DNA of 64,000 bases from an uncultured Pseudomonadota bacterium (GCA_963736005.1 CAVTNB010000001.1:384001-448000), one strand, 5' to 3'. Shown: positions 1 through 9,597, counted from the first letter of the stretch. The notes: generated by a model not told the origin, from the letters alone. A program made the numbers and translations.

Positions 1-144
1 AAGAATGGACACGTTCTCGAGGGCCGCATTAAGAGTGTCAACAATCACTACGAAATTATGCCCGTTCCAAGTCAATCTGGCGTCATACAGAGCTTCGGGC
101 CGCTGACCGAGTTTTACGCTAGCGACGTTGAACGGATTGATTGA
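1..144 (+). CDS. 3' end of a hypothetical protein (partial)
   Basis: Open frame from base 1 (KNGHVLEGRIK...DVERID) ending TGA at 142-144, converging on the integrase stop. Confidence 0.35.
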   Translation, partial: KNGHVLEGRIKSVNNHYEIMPVPSQSGVIQSFGPLTEFYASDVERID

Positions 145-152
145 GTAGGTTA

Positions 153-1325
153 TTACCTCGGTACATCGGCCTTCTTATGGGTCTTCGCCGGTCGATTGAA
201 AATTGCGTCGATGCGGTTAGCTGCATCGCGCTGCATCGACGGTAACAAATGACTGTAGGTATCAAGTGTAAAGCCGACTCTCGCATGCCCGAGCCGCTCG
301 CTCACCACCTTTGGGTGAACGCCGGCACGTAGGAGTTGCGACGCGTGCGTGTGCCGCAGATCGTGGAAACGGATGCGCGAGAGTTCAGCCTTCTCAAGCA
401 CCTTTACGAACGAGCGATTAATCAGGTTGTTGTAATGCAGCGCGAAGCCATCCTTGGTGCAAAAGATCGGATCGCGCAGCTCGGCATGACCCTCGCTCGC
501 CATCGCCGTCTTGTGGTTAGCCAACACCACTACCACCGATGCTGGTAGATCTATCCGGCGCCGCCCGACGGACGTCTTCGGCTCCGCCAGCTCGGTTGAG
601 CGCGCATCTTCTTCTGCATTCGGTCGGCGAACGAGCTGACGGCGCACCTGAATCAACCCGAGCTCCGCGTCGAAGTCAACCCACTGCAAACCGAGCAACT
701 CCCCGATGCGCATACCAGTTGCCAGCGCAACGACGTAAAGGACGTAATAGCGATCTCCAGCAGCTGCATCTAGGAGCGCGGTTATCTGATCGTCAGTCAG
801 AGCGTGGATCTCTCTGCGGCGCGCTCGGGGGCGATTGACGAGCTCGCAAACGTTGCGAACCACGATCTCCCAACGCATTGCCTGTCTCAACGCCCTGTGC
901 AACACGAAGAGGGCGATCTGACGGACGCGCGGCGACGGTCCCGCCTTCTCCAAGTCAACGAGCATCTTACTCACGTGGTCCGGCGTTATCTTCCTCACCC
1001 TCATTGCGCCGAGCCTCGGCTTGATGTGCTTCTTGACGATCGAGGAATATAGCGCGTGTGTCGCTGGCCGGACGGACCCTTCGACAGCCTCGCTAAGCCA
1101 GCGATCGAGGAAAGCGTCGAGCGTCAGCCGCTCATGCTCTTGTGAGTCGCCGGCTTGCCGGATACGATCGAGTTTCTTGAGTACCTCGGTCTTGGTGGGT
1201 GCGTAAACGACGCGACGTCGATAGTCCGATTGATGCACGCCGCACCAGTAGCCGTCCGATCGCTGATAGACGGCACCCTCGCCGCGGCCGCGCCGCGCTC
1301 TCTTCGGCCGATCAGTCTCGCTCAT
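153..1325 (-). CDS. int: Phage/ICE-type tyrosine recombinase (integrase)
   Basis: 390 aa; N-terminal RRGRGEGAVYQR arm-binding motif, TGMRIGELLGL (R), RFHDLRHTHAS (HxxR), LGHARVGFTLDTY (H, Y nucleophile). Confidence 0.95.
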   Translation of the reverse strand: MSETDRPKRARRGRGEGAVYQRSDGYWCGVHQSDYRRRVVYAPTKTEVLKKLDRIRQAGDSQEHERLTLDAFLDRWLSEAVEGSVRPATHALYSSIVKKHIKPRLGAMRVRKITPDHVSKMLVDLEKAGPSPRVRQIALFVLHRALRQAMRWEIVVRNVCELVNRPRARRREIHALTDDQITALLDAAAGDRYYVLYVVALATGMRIGELLGLQWVDFDAELGLIQVRRQLVRRPNAEEDARSTELAEPKTSVGRRRIDLPASVVVVLANHKTAMASEGHAELRDPIFCTKDGFALHYNNLINRSFVKVLEKAELSRIRFHDLRHTHASQLLRAGVHPKVVSERLGHARVGFTLDTYSHLLPSMQRDAANRIDAIFNRPAKTHKKADVPR

Positions 1326-1509
1326 GGCAGCGATGATTGCATGGTCATGGTAACGTTGTTTGAGCGCAACGATTCAAGCCCTGCACTCGCCCACAACTCG
1401 TACACAACGGTTCCCTTCATCATAATTCAAAATCGATGCGCCCGAAGACACCTTGTTAACAGCCATCGCCAGATCTGATACTGTTCTGTTTGGCGGCCCG
1501 CAAGATTCC

Positions 1510-1554
1510 TGTGTGAAGATGTGAGTAAACTTGTGAATAACCCCTGGGGCATAA
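1510..1554. promoter_or_regulatory. Cluster of co-oriented DnaA-box-like 9-mers
   Basis: TGTGAATAA (1532-1540) fits TGTGNAWAA exactly; TGTGAGTAA (1520-1528), GGGGCATAA (1546-1554) and TGTGTGAAG (1510-1518) are degenerate copies. Confidence 0.4.
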
Positions 1555-1642
1555 CGCCAGTCGGTGATTGCGGACAGGCGGAAACTGGGCGCTGGTGACA
1601 ACCGTCACATCCTTCGCGGCAATTTGAAGGCGACTCTCGAGT

Positions 1643-3928
1643 TTGCCCGACACTTTAACTATGCAGTCCAGCAGCTCAGCGTCGCAAGACGAACGGGGAT
1701 CGATCGAATCAATTCCCGACTTCGCTACGTGGCAAACGTCCGCGGCGGATCGTCGGGTCGCCGTCGTCGTTGCCGGCCTCATGATCGCCCTGGGATGTGC
1801 GGCGTTTGTATTCGGTCGGAATCCGGGTCCGGTGGTTCCCGCAGTCCTGCCCATGCTCATGGGCTGCGTGATCATAACCGAACTCATGTCGGCCTACCTC
1901 TTGCTGAGTCAATTCCTGGAGCTGCGATATCCAGCTTTAGGGTTTGTTGGAGCGGCATATCTCCTTTCTGGATTGCTGGTCATTCCTTACCTCCTGACTT
2001 TCCCAAAGATTTTTTCTCCGACTGGTTTGTTCAACGCCAACGAGCAAACTGCGCTGATACTGTGGGCGCTTTGGCACACGGGTTTCCCACTACTCGCGTT
2101 AACCTACGTGATCGCACAAAGACGATTTGGAGCCATGCAGTGGCCGTTGTTGCGGGCACGCGGATTTACTTTCGCGATCCTTTTAACGTGCGTCACCATC
2201 GCCGTGACGGCGTTGGTCTTTACCACGCAGTTTCGAAATTCGCTCCCAATTTTCGTCCAGAATGGGCAATTCACTGCGCTTACGATAAGAACGTTGTTGC
2301 CGGTCATCTGTGCGTTCGACCTGGCAGCACTGTTCGCGCTTGTCAGCATCACGCGAGGACGGACAGTGATTCCAATGTGGCTGTCACTTGCGATCCTGGC
2401 ATCACTTTTTGACTCCATCATCGGACTGGTTTGCGCCCGCTTCTCATTCGGCTGGTATGCAGGCAAAATGTTCGCGGTCGCTTCATCAACCTTCATACTC
2501 GGCGCCTTCGTCAACGAGTTTCTCGGGCTCAATAGAAGGCTTGTGTATGCAAGCAAGGAGCTCCAACGTCTCAGCGCCGCGGAGCGCCAACAGGCGCAGG
2601 AGCGAGCGGAATTCCTAGCTTACCATGACGCCCTTACCGGGTTGGGCAACCGTGCGCGATTGCAGGAGAGACTCTTCGAAAACATCAGCGCGGCAGCTCG
2701 ACACGGCGACCGCGTTGCGCTGCTTTTTATTGATCTTGATCATTTCAAAGATGTGAATGATGCGTGTGGCCACGTCGTCGGGGATGTTGTTTTGATTGAG
2801 GCAGCGAGGCGGCTGCGGAGCGTCGTCCGCATGGAAGAATCCATCGCGCGACTGGGTGCCGATGAGTTCGCAGTCGTCGCAAGTGATTTGAGGTCCGCCT
2901 CAGATGCGGAACTAATCGCAATCCGACTCAGAAGTGCACTCAGAGAGCCCTTCACAGTCGGCGATGGAACAATCCACCTGAGTGCGAGCATTGGCATGGC
3001 GATCTACCCTGACGATGGCACTTCGGCCGAAGCGTTGCTTGACTATGCGGATGCTGCTGCACACCGCGCGAAGCGAGATGGCGGTGACAATCAACAGTTT
3101 TACAACCGCGACATCGCGGAACGTATTCGTTTGCGCCACACGATTCACGAAGGCCTACGACGAGCCCTCACGCGTGGCGAATTTGTCCTTCATTTTCAGC
3201 CGCTGCTCAATCTTTATTCGGGAGAGATAGAATCCGCAGAAGCCCTCATCCGATGGCAGGACCCGACCAATGGGCTGATTCCACCCGGCGATTTCATTTC
3301 TATCGCCGAAGAGACCGGATTGATGGTCCCAATAGGAAGATGGGTACTCGAAACGGCGTTGCGGCAGGCAAGCTTGTGGCGGAGTAAGGCCATGCCAATT
3401 CGCATCGCGGTCAATGTCTCAACCAAACAGTTCCAGGATCCATCTTTCTTTCAGCATCTACTTGCGACGCTCAAGGACACCAAAACCAAGCCCGAGATGC
3501 TCGAATTAGAAGTCACTGAATCCGTCGCGATGGCCGACGTAACAGGTAATGCTGTCCTTCAGCAGTGCAAACAAATCGGAATACACCTCGCGCTCGATGA
3601 TTTTGGAACGCACTACTCGTCACTCGCATACCTCAAACGGTTGCCCGTCGACACGATCAAGATCGACCGCTCGTTCGTGCAGGGGTTGCCGTTCAATCGT
3701 GATGATGCGGCGATCGTAAGAGCCATCATTGCGCTAGGGCATACCCTAAGCCGCAGTATCGTTGCTGAAGGCGTCGAGGGCGTCGATCAATTGAATTGGC
3801 TCAAGCAAGCCGGCTGCGATGTAGCGCAAGGCTATGTGATAGCAAAGCCAATGGAGATAAGCGCGTGGGATACGTGGCTGAGCGCGTGGCGGTCAAAGAG
3901 AGGCGCCTTACTTAGCCAATCCAGTTGA
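1643..3928 (+). CDS. Membrane sensor (MASE4-like) GGDEF-EAL diguanylate cyclase/phosphodiesterase
   Basis: About 8 hydrophobic helices, then YHDALTGLGNR, FIDLDHFKDVND, RLGADEF, AEALIRW, DDFGTHYSS, KIDRSF, AEGVE. Confidence 0.92.
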   Translation: MPDTLTMQSSSSASQDERGSIESIPDFATWQTSAADRRVAVVVAGLMIALGCAAFVFGRNPGPVVPAVLPMLMGCVIITELMSAYLLLSQFLELRYPALGFVGAAYLLSGLLVIPYLLTFPKIFSPTGLFNANEQTALILWALWHTGFPLLALTYVIAQRRFGAMQWPLLRARGFTFAILLTCVTIAVTALVFTTQFRNSLPIFVQNGQFTALTIRTLLPVICAFDLAALFALVSITRGRTVIPMWLSLAILASLFDSIIGLVCARFSFGWYAGKMFAVASSTFILGAFVNEFLGLNRRLVYASKELQRLSAAERQQAQERAEFLAYHDALTGLGNRARLQERLFENISAAARHGDRVALLFIDLDHFKDVNDACGHVVGDVVLIEAARRLRSVVRMEESIARLGADEFAVVASDLRSASDAELIAIRLRSALREPFTVGDGTIHLSASIGMAIYPDDGTSAEALLDYADAAAHRAKRDGGDNQQFYNRDIAERIRLRHTIHEGLRRALTRGEFVLHFQPLLNLYSGEIESAEALIRWQDPTNGLIPPGDFISIAEETGLMVPIGRWVLETALRQASLWRSKAMPIRIAVNVSTKQFQDPSFFQHLLATLKDTKTKPEMLELEVTESVAMADVTGNAVLQQCKQIGIHLALDDFGTHYSSLAYLKRLPVDTIKIDRSFVQGLPFNRDDAAIVRAIIALGHTLSRSIVAEGVEGVDQLNWLKQAGCDVAQGYVIAKPMEISAWDTWLSAWRSKRGALLSQSS

Positions 3929-4023
3929 ACGATCTCCTTCCTTCAACTGATGTACGTACACAACCGCTCTCAACTTAACGGAGCCACCCTTGTGTATTAC
4001 GCCTGCCACGAAGTCTTCTAGGG

Positions 4024-4461
4024 TTACTTGCCCTTAGCTCGCGCGCGTGCAACTCTCTTCTTAGGTGCATCCGGTGCGGGGAGCGCCGGCTTTTCAGGCG
4101 GCAAATACTCGAACGTGATTTGTGGCACGCTACTTTTGCGGGCAAAACCGTATTTATCGCGGTTGGCGGCAATCCACGTCGCGTAGCGTTCCTTAAATTC
4201 TTCCCGCGATAGTAGCATCATATCAAGCAACGCGCGGAAATCGGTCGCCTCAACCTGCTCATAGGATCTAACATAATCGGCCATGCTCACCACCCCCTTC
4301 GCAACTAGAGCGTCAAGCAGCGCGCGATGTCGTGCTCTTCCCCTGGCAAGCTCGTTGAAGATCGTGGCAAACAGTATTTCAGCAGAGTAGCCAGAATAAC
4401 CGCTCGCAGATGGGGAGGAGCCGAGTGTATTCTTCTTGCGTTTGTTTTTTGGATCGCTCAA
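4024..4461 (-). CDS. Hypothetical protein, third gene of the TA operon
   Basis: 145 aa ORF starting 3 nt after the antitoxin stop; predicted helical core with basic termini. Confidence 0.6.
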   Translation of the reverse strand: MSDPKNKRKKNTLGSSPSASGYSGYSAEILFATIFNELARGRARHRALLDALVAKGVVSMADYVRSYEQVEATDFRALLDMMLLSREEFKERYATWIAANRDKYGFARKSSVPQITFEYLPPEKPALPAPDAPKKRVARARAKGK

Positions 4462-4464
4462 TTT

Positions 4465-4881
4465 CTAAGCTGCTATTCCCTCGAGAGCCATCGGTGTGGT
4501 TGCTTCCTTCACGACGTAAGTTGTCTCCGACGACTGCTGCACTGGTGTAACAACCCCGGCGAATAGCCGACCAGAATCGCAGTTATCGACACGCATGTTG
4601 AAGTAGATGCGCAGCCCCGCGCCCGCCCCCTTGGCGATCCGACAAAGTGTCTGCAACGTGATTCCTGATGTCGCTGCGTGCTCGTACTCACTTAGCTGAC
4701 TCGGCAACAGGCCTGCCAGCTTTGCGAATTCATCTTGCTTCATGTTTAGGGCGGCGCGGAGCTCTATTAAAGCACTTGCGATCTGTATTAGCGGCTCACG
4801 CTTTGCTAGCGCCTCCGCATCTTCTGGGTGTTCGGCCAAGTAACGGTCGAGATCACTCATCATTTGTGTTGCCTTACTCAT
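4465..4881 (-). CDS. XRE-family HTH antitoxin (HigA-like) with C-terminal extension
   Basis: LIELRAALNMKQDEFAKLAGLLPSQLSEYE...ITLQTLCRIA HTH; ATG abuts the toxin stop. Confidence 0.85.
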   Translation of the reverse strand: MSKATQMMSDLDRYLAEHPEDAEALAKREPLIQIASALIELRAALNMKQDEFAKLAGLLPSQLSEYEHAATSGITLQTLCRIAKGAGAGLRIYFNMRVDNCDSGRLFAGVVTPVQQSSETTYVVKEATTPMALEGIAA

Positions 4882-5277
4882 TTATGCCTCCCGGTAGGAT
4901 CCGTACAATCCCGAAGCTAGTTGCTGCTTAAAAATCCGCAGATTCATCTCGGCCTGCTCCACCTCGCCTCCATCAAGCTGATTCCGCTTCTTGAGCGTGC
5001 CGCCGAGAAGGACGAGGCCGCCCCCGTCAAGCGATGCCGCAAGGACTCTAACCCAGTGATCTTTTGTATTGATGCGGTACTCAAGTATCTCTCCCCTCAC
5101 TTGACTGAGAATGCCCGCCTTGCGCATCGCGAGCAGATCCGTGGTCTCAAGGAGCTTGAGGTGCGCAAGAACATCACCGCGGGCCTGGTGCATTTTCTTG
5201 AGCGTTTTTCCAAGAAAGTTGCTTATGACGCTCTTCTCGGGTTTGCCGCTTGGGCTGTACCATATTACCCTATTCAC
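4882..5277 (-). CDS. RelE/ParE-superfamily toxin (HigB/Gp49-like)
   Basis: GEILEYRINTKDHWVRVL...LVLLGGTLKK..L...EVEQA pattern of Gp49/HigB; upstream of an HTH gene. Confidence 0.82.
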   Translation of the reverse strand: MNRVIWYSPSGKPEKSVISNFLGKTLKKMHQARGDVLAHLKLLETTDLLAMRKAGILSQVRGEILEYRINTKDHWVRVLAASLDGGGLVLLGGTLKKRNQLDGGEVEQAEMNLRIFKQQLASGLYGSYREA

Positions 5278-5299
5278 TTCGGTAATTCCCGAAGTTCCC

Positions 5300-5314
5300 C
5301 TTAGCTAAACTAAG
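5300..5314. promoter_or_regulatory. Inverted repeat, candidate antitoxin operator
   Basis: CTTAG-N5-CTAAG about 23 nt upstream of the toxin start. Confidence 0.4.
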
Positions 5315-5421
5315 CCCTTCATAGCCCACATATGACGGTTTGGTACACACGCTTGTTCGAGCGCCCTTGGCCACTTACCGAGGAATGAGCGATGATTCAA
5401 GGGTCCCTCTCGCAATCGCCG

Positions 5422-6252
5422 TCATCGCACCAGGCTGATGACACCCTGCATAGGCTCCCTGATCGGGAACTCTTGGTACACCGCATATGACCACGCATCG
5501 CCGAGGTGCGTCGTCGTGCCGCCATCCTCAACGCTCACTACGAGCTGCTGATTCGTGCCGGGTCGGTAAAAAGTTTGATTGAGGTCTTTGGCCAGGTACT
5601 TGCATCGCTCATGAATGACGACACCAATCAGGCCCTTGTAGTTCTCCAGCTTGCCGTTGCCGGCCGCGAAGCGATCGCGTAGCGCAGGGTTCGCATTCGG
5701 CACCTTCGTCTCGCCAACAAAGCCTTTCTCAGCGAGTTGCTTGCGAAGCGCCGCGAAGTCAGAGCTTCCCGTCTGTCTGTTGGTCTGCGTCTGACCGGTC
5801 GCATCGCCATAGATTAGCAGCTGCCGGTTTTTGCGCGCGATCTTTGAGGCCTCGCGCTCGAAGAATTCTTTCACTCCAAAGTCGACTACGGAATGCCGCA
5901 CCCGAATCTCATCAAGCACGTACATGACGATGCGCTGGTAGCCCGGCACGTCGATCGTGCGCCACTGGAAGAGAACCGAGCATAGCGGATCGCAGTTCCA
6001 ATCCAAAGACCATCCGACTGCAAGGCGTGGATCCCATTCGAGGGGCGGTAAGCCGAGCTCGAGTGCCTTTGCCGGAGATAGCACGTGCTTTTGGCGTTGA
6101 AACATGCGCCACACCCGCCCCTTGCCGATATCACCAAACTGCCCTTGGAGTTCAATGTCGGCCAGTTCGCGATCGTACTGCTCCTTCAACCCCTCGACGT
6201 ACGACGTGGGAAGCAAGTAATTATCAAACGTGCAACTCCACCCAAGTGGCAA
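5422..6252 (-). pseudogene. terL: Phage terminase large subunit, C-terminal (nuclease) fragment
   Basis: TFDNYLLP..YVE.L...Y..ELA..EL.GQF linker; LDWNCDP, IYGDATG, HLGDAWSY RNase H-like acidic motifs; no ATPase (Walker A/B) half. Confidence 0.75.
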
Positions 6253-6387
6253 CGGCCATCGATTGACGCTCGAACATGGTATGTGCTATGGTGGTTCGCA
6301 GAGCTTGAGGCGACGCTACAATGCGCCGCCAATCCGCGTAGGTGCCGTAATCGCGAAACGAATGCATACAAAACGCTTGGAGGAACG

Positions 6388-6912
6388 ATGATGAAAAGGT
6401 TTTATTGGTTAGTTACACTCATGGTGCTGGCCGTCGCAACGAGCGCCGCACAAGCCCAATCGACAGCATGGTCCCCATCGATGAATGCCGTGGGCGCGCA
6501 TGGCTTCGACTGGCAAATCGGGAACTGGTCATGCACCAATAGTATGCCCCCCTCGCCAATGAACCCGACCAGTCAGACGGGCACAGTTACGCGGACCAAC
6601 GGCGGCGCCTTGTTCTATCACTTCAGCGGCGAGAATTACGATTACGTCTCCTATGACGTGTATGTGGCGAAGACGAAGACGTGGTTGAGTCCCGTCGCCT
6701 TGGCAGACGGCAGTTACGGCACCGAGTCGACGACCCAGACCGGGATGAAGATCGTCTGGACCGGTTCTTTCTATCCCCCTACGGGCAAGACGATGCAAGT
6801 CCGAGACACGGACGTGGTATCTAGCTCCGCGAAGTTCACCGACTTGGGCGAATATCAGTCAAACGACGGCACCTGGAAGAAACTATATAACCTAACCTGC
6901 ACGAAGACATAG
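6388..6912 (+). CDS. Secreted beta-rich hypothetical protein
   Basis: GGAGG SD; signal peptide MMKRFYWLVTLMVLAVATSAAQA; TTGACG-17-TATGGT promoter near 6263-6291. Confidence 0.8.
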   Translation: MMKRFYWLVTLMVLAVATSAAQAQSTAWSPSMNAVGAHGFDWQIGNWSCTNSMPPSPMNPTSQTGTVTRTNGGALFYHFSGENYDYVSYDVYVAKTKTWLSPVALADGSYGTESTTQTGMKIVWTGSFYPPTGKTMQVRDTDVVSSSAKFTDLGEYQSNDGTWKKLYNLTCTKT

Positions 6913-6970
6913 CGAGGGTCGCTGTAGTATGAGCGGACCAGGCTAATATTGGTCTAGTCAGCCACTCTTG

Positions 6971-7003
6971 AGCCCCTGATTCACTTCAGGGGCTTTTTCT
7001 TTT
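6971..7003 (+). terminator. Rho-independent terminator
   Basis: AGCCCCTGA-ttcact-TCAGGGGCT followed by a T tract. Confidence 0.8.
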
Positions 7004-7028
7004 GGTGAGGTTGTCACCGCAGTTTCAC

Positions 7029-7064
7029 AAAAACTGCCCGGATAGCAATAGATGCACCGGGCAG
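7029..7064 (-). terminator. Rho-independent terminator (minus strand)
   Basis: CTGCCCGG...CCGGGCAG stem followed by TTTTT on the minus strand. Confidence 0.65.
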
Positions 7065-7150
7065 CTTTGATTCGGATCGCGTCACATTGACTTAATTCAG
7101 ATTTTGATTCAATTTGGATTTGATTCGAACTATATGTCCATCATACTCCT

Positions 7151-7187
7151 TAAGTCTGCAATAAGCAACAGAACTAAGTTTCGCCCA
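7151..7187. repeat. 37-bp intergenic direct repeat, copy 1
   Basis: 32/37 identical to 10152-10188; perfect 16-bp core TCTGCAATAAGCAACA. Confidence 0.85.
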
Positions 7188-7355
7188 CATGTAGAGACTC
7201 TTATGTATTACTGCCAATGGACCTGAGGGATCGTGCCTATGGCTCTAAGTGTACCGGTCGGAGGATGTCACCAGGCGGATACAAGCAAGAGATGCGCCAC
7301 ATCATAAGCGCAGTTGGATCGTGACTGCTTCTGTGGCGGTTTCTACGGCCCCTGA

Positions 7356-7802
7356 TCACAAGCCGGGAGCGCTTCTCCGATGGATGAGATTGTCCAGACT
7401 CCAGCGAGATGAGCCGGCAGCTGCGAGCATCATGGCGCCGGCGGACGCCGTGAATACGGAATATTGAAATGCGCCTCCAATCCCCGTGGCGATGCTGATC
7501 GTCAAAGCGAACACGAGCAAGAGAAAAGCGCTGATCCAAGCGGAGAACTTGGTCCATAAACCAACGATGAGGGTCAAACCGAGCGCCAGTTCCAGTGCCG
7601 TATCCACCCTTGCAAGGGCCGGAATCGACCAACGTGGCGCGTACCAGTTTAGGTTTGCAACATACGCGGTGAAGCGCGAGAAGGTTCCCCACGATACACC
7701 GTTTGCGCCGGCTCCGCCAAGAAGGCCAAACCGATCAGCAACCGAGTAAAGAAATGAAAAGCCGAGCGCCCAGCGCAAACACAACGAGGCGTAATCGCGC
7801 AT
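7356..7802 (-). CDS. DoxX-family membrane protein
   Basis: LRWALGFSFLYSVADRFG...ELALGLTLIVGL...SRWSLD; 4 TM helices; AAGGAGG SD. Confidence 0.85.
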   Translation of the reverse strand: MRDYASLCLRWALGFSFLYSVADRFGLLGGAGANGVSWGTFSRFTAYVANLNWYAPRWSIPALARVDTALELALGLTLIVGLWTKFSAWISAFLLLVFALTISIATGIGGAFQYSVFTASAGAMMLAAAGSSRWSLDNLIHRRSAPGL

Positions 7803-7840
7803 GTTGATACCTCCTTATGTATTTGGTAGCATAACATTAT

Positions 7841-8446
7841 ATGAAACTGGTTAAGCTGCAAGAAACCAAGTCAACGATTCGCTTCAGTGCCAAGTTGTTT
7901 CGGCCCAAGGCAACCGAAAAGATTGGATCGTGGACCCTTCTAACTCTGCCCAAGAACGCGAGTGCGAAGCTTCCATCACGAGGTATGACGATGGTTGAGG
8001 GAACTATCAATGGCCTTCCCTTTTCGAGCCGCTCTCGAACCAAACGGCAAAGGAAGTCACTGGCTCAGGGTTAACAAAGCCATGCGCGATGCCGCAGGCG
8101 CAGAGCTGGAGACACGGTAACGGTGGAGATTACGCGGGCCGGAGAAGAACCGGAGATCAGGGTGCCAATGGATCTACGCAAAGCCCTTGCAGCTGCCCCG
8201 CTGGCGCAGGCAGGGTGGGAGGACATCACACCAATGGCGCGCCGGGACTGGGTTTTCTCGATAAGCTCGGCCAAGCAACTGGAAACGCGCAGGCGCCGGA
8301 TCGAGAAAGCGTGCGACATGCTTGCATCTGGAAAGCGACGATTATGTTGTTTCCCAGGTATAAAGTGGCTTATGAAAAAAAACGCAAAATCATGCGGATT
8401 GTGGCTTCCGTTGCCGAGCTCAAAAGATCGACGACCACTTATCTGA
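7841..8446 (+). pseudogene. DUF1905 + YdeI/OmpD-associated protein, disrupted by two compensating frameshifts
   Basis: VEGTINGLPF, then a shifted frame reading RAALEPNGKGSHWLRVNKAMRDAAGA, then AGDTVTVEI...VPMDLRKAL...AKQLETRRRRIEKA; shifts near 8022 and 8100; TAA at 8072. Confidence 0.75.
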
Positions 8447-8528
8447 CCACTTACGCACCGTTAATTAATGTAAATTGACGAAAGGCGCACAAACCGCTGT
8501 TACGATGAGGCGCAACCGGAGGGTCGTC

Positions 8529-8588
8529 ATGCGAGTTTGGATCTGCCTGTCGATCGCCGCGGTACTTGTGCTAACGACTGTAAAGTAG
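8529..8588 (+). CDS. 19-aa hydrophobic peptide MRVWICLSIAAVLVLTTVK
   Basis: GGAGG SD 7 nt upstream; extended -10 TGtTACGAT near 8498-8506. Confidence 0.4.
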   Translation: MRVWICLSIAAVLVLTTVK

Positions 8589-8721
8589 GGATGCAGCCAA
8601 ATAGCGCCGGTCAGCGCGTCAATTATCTGGAAATCTATGAAACGGACGTTTTGGCGAACGAAATGCAGCCTGTGTTGAAGTATGGAGCGTCTCTGTTCAA
8701 CCGAAAATGAAATAAAAGTCG

Positions 8722-9597
8722 CTAACCGGAACTACGAATGACCGCAGCCGGCGTCATGCCAATAACCCGGCGCATGCATCGAGCCATGTGGCTTTGATCA
8801 GCAAAACCAGCCTGGAGGGCCACTTCGCTCAACTTGGTGTTGCCGCGCGACAACAGCCCCATCGCATGCTTGACGCGTTGTTGAACAATATATTTGTGAA
8901 CTGGCAAACCAACACTCTGCTTAAAGAGAACTTTGAAATGCGACATACTGCCCCCAGCAATGGCTGCGACCTCGGCAAGCGAGAGATTCTTTTGAAGATT
9001 ACCGTTGATGTAGTCGATCACGTTGTGCAACTGCCGGCGCGTGAGGCCTCTTTTTGGTGTGCCGAAAATGCCGCGGCCATAGCGTCGTAGTAAATGCACG
9101 GCAAGGGCTATGCCGAGGCCCTCGGCATAAATGCGATCGTAGGGCTCATTTGATTCTAGTTCGGCCTTGAGCGCCCAGCCCACATGCTCGATTAAGGGAT
9201 CTCGCACCTGTAGCCGCGGCTCGACTGAGACCGCATCGGGATTGAGATCCGTACCGCGCGCCGCGACTCCTAAGAGTGCTGGTGTCAAAGACACGGCGAG
9301 CATCGTCGACGGTCCATCCTCTTCCCAGATAGCTGACGTACCCATTGGAATTATGTCTATATCGCCTGCTGTGGCTCTGCGCCGTGACACCAGCGTCCCC
9401 CAACGGCAGGAGGAGTTCATTGCGTCGCCTACCTGCATAATGATGCAGTGACCAGGCGCCGGAACTCCCTGCCTGTAGCCACCAGATGAGTCAAAAATTC
9501 TCGCGTGGAACCACGACCACAAACGCTGGTTACTCGACTCTCGCTCAATGAACTGCATCAGGCCGTCAATGGGCTCGAGCTGTCTTAGCTCTTCCAT
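8722..9597 (-). CDS. AraC-family transcriptional regulator
   Basis: LSLAEVAAIAGGSMSHFKVLFKQSVG...LSEVALQAGFADQSHMAR double HTH. Confidence 0.93.
   Translation of the reverse strand: MEELRQLEPIDGLMQFIERESSNQRLWSWFHARIFDSSGGYRQGVPAPGHCIIMQVGDAMNSSCRWGTLVSRRRATAGDIDIIPMGTSAIWEEDGPSTMLAVSLTPALLGVAARGTDLNPDAVSVEPRLQVRDPLIEHVGWALKAELESNEPYDRIYAEGLGIALAVHLLRRYGRGIFGTPKRGLTRRQLHNVIDYINGNLQKNLSLAEVAAIAGGSMSHFKVLFKQSVGLPVHKYIVQQRVKHAMGLLSRGNTKLSEVALQAGFADQSHMARCMRRVIGMTPAAVIRSSG

Noticed and set aside
6913..6970. Possible small RNA or riboswitch before the terminator (GACCA...TGGTC hairpin)
   Set aside because: No match to a family I know; compatible with an ordinary 3' UTR
7151..7190. Minus-strand translation VAYCR resembling a serine-recombinase N-terminus
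   Set aside because: No YxRVS continuation or long ORF; also lacks RYYYAAC/GTTRRRY so not called attC
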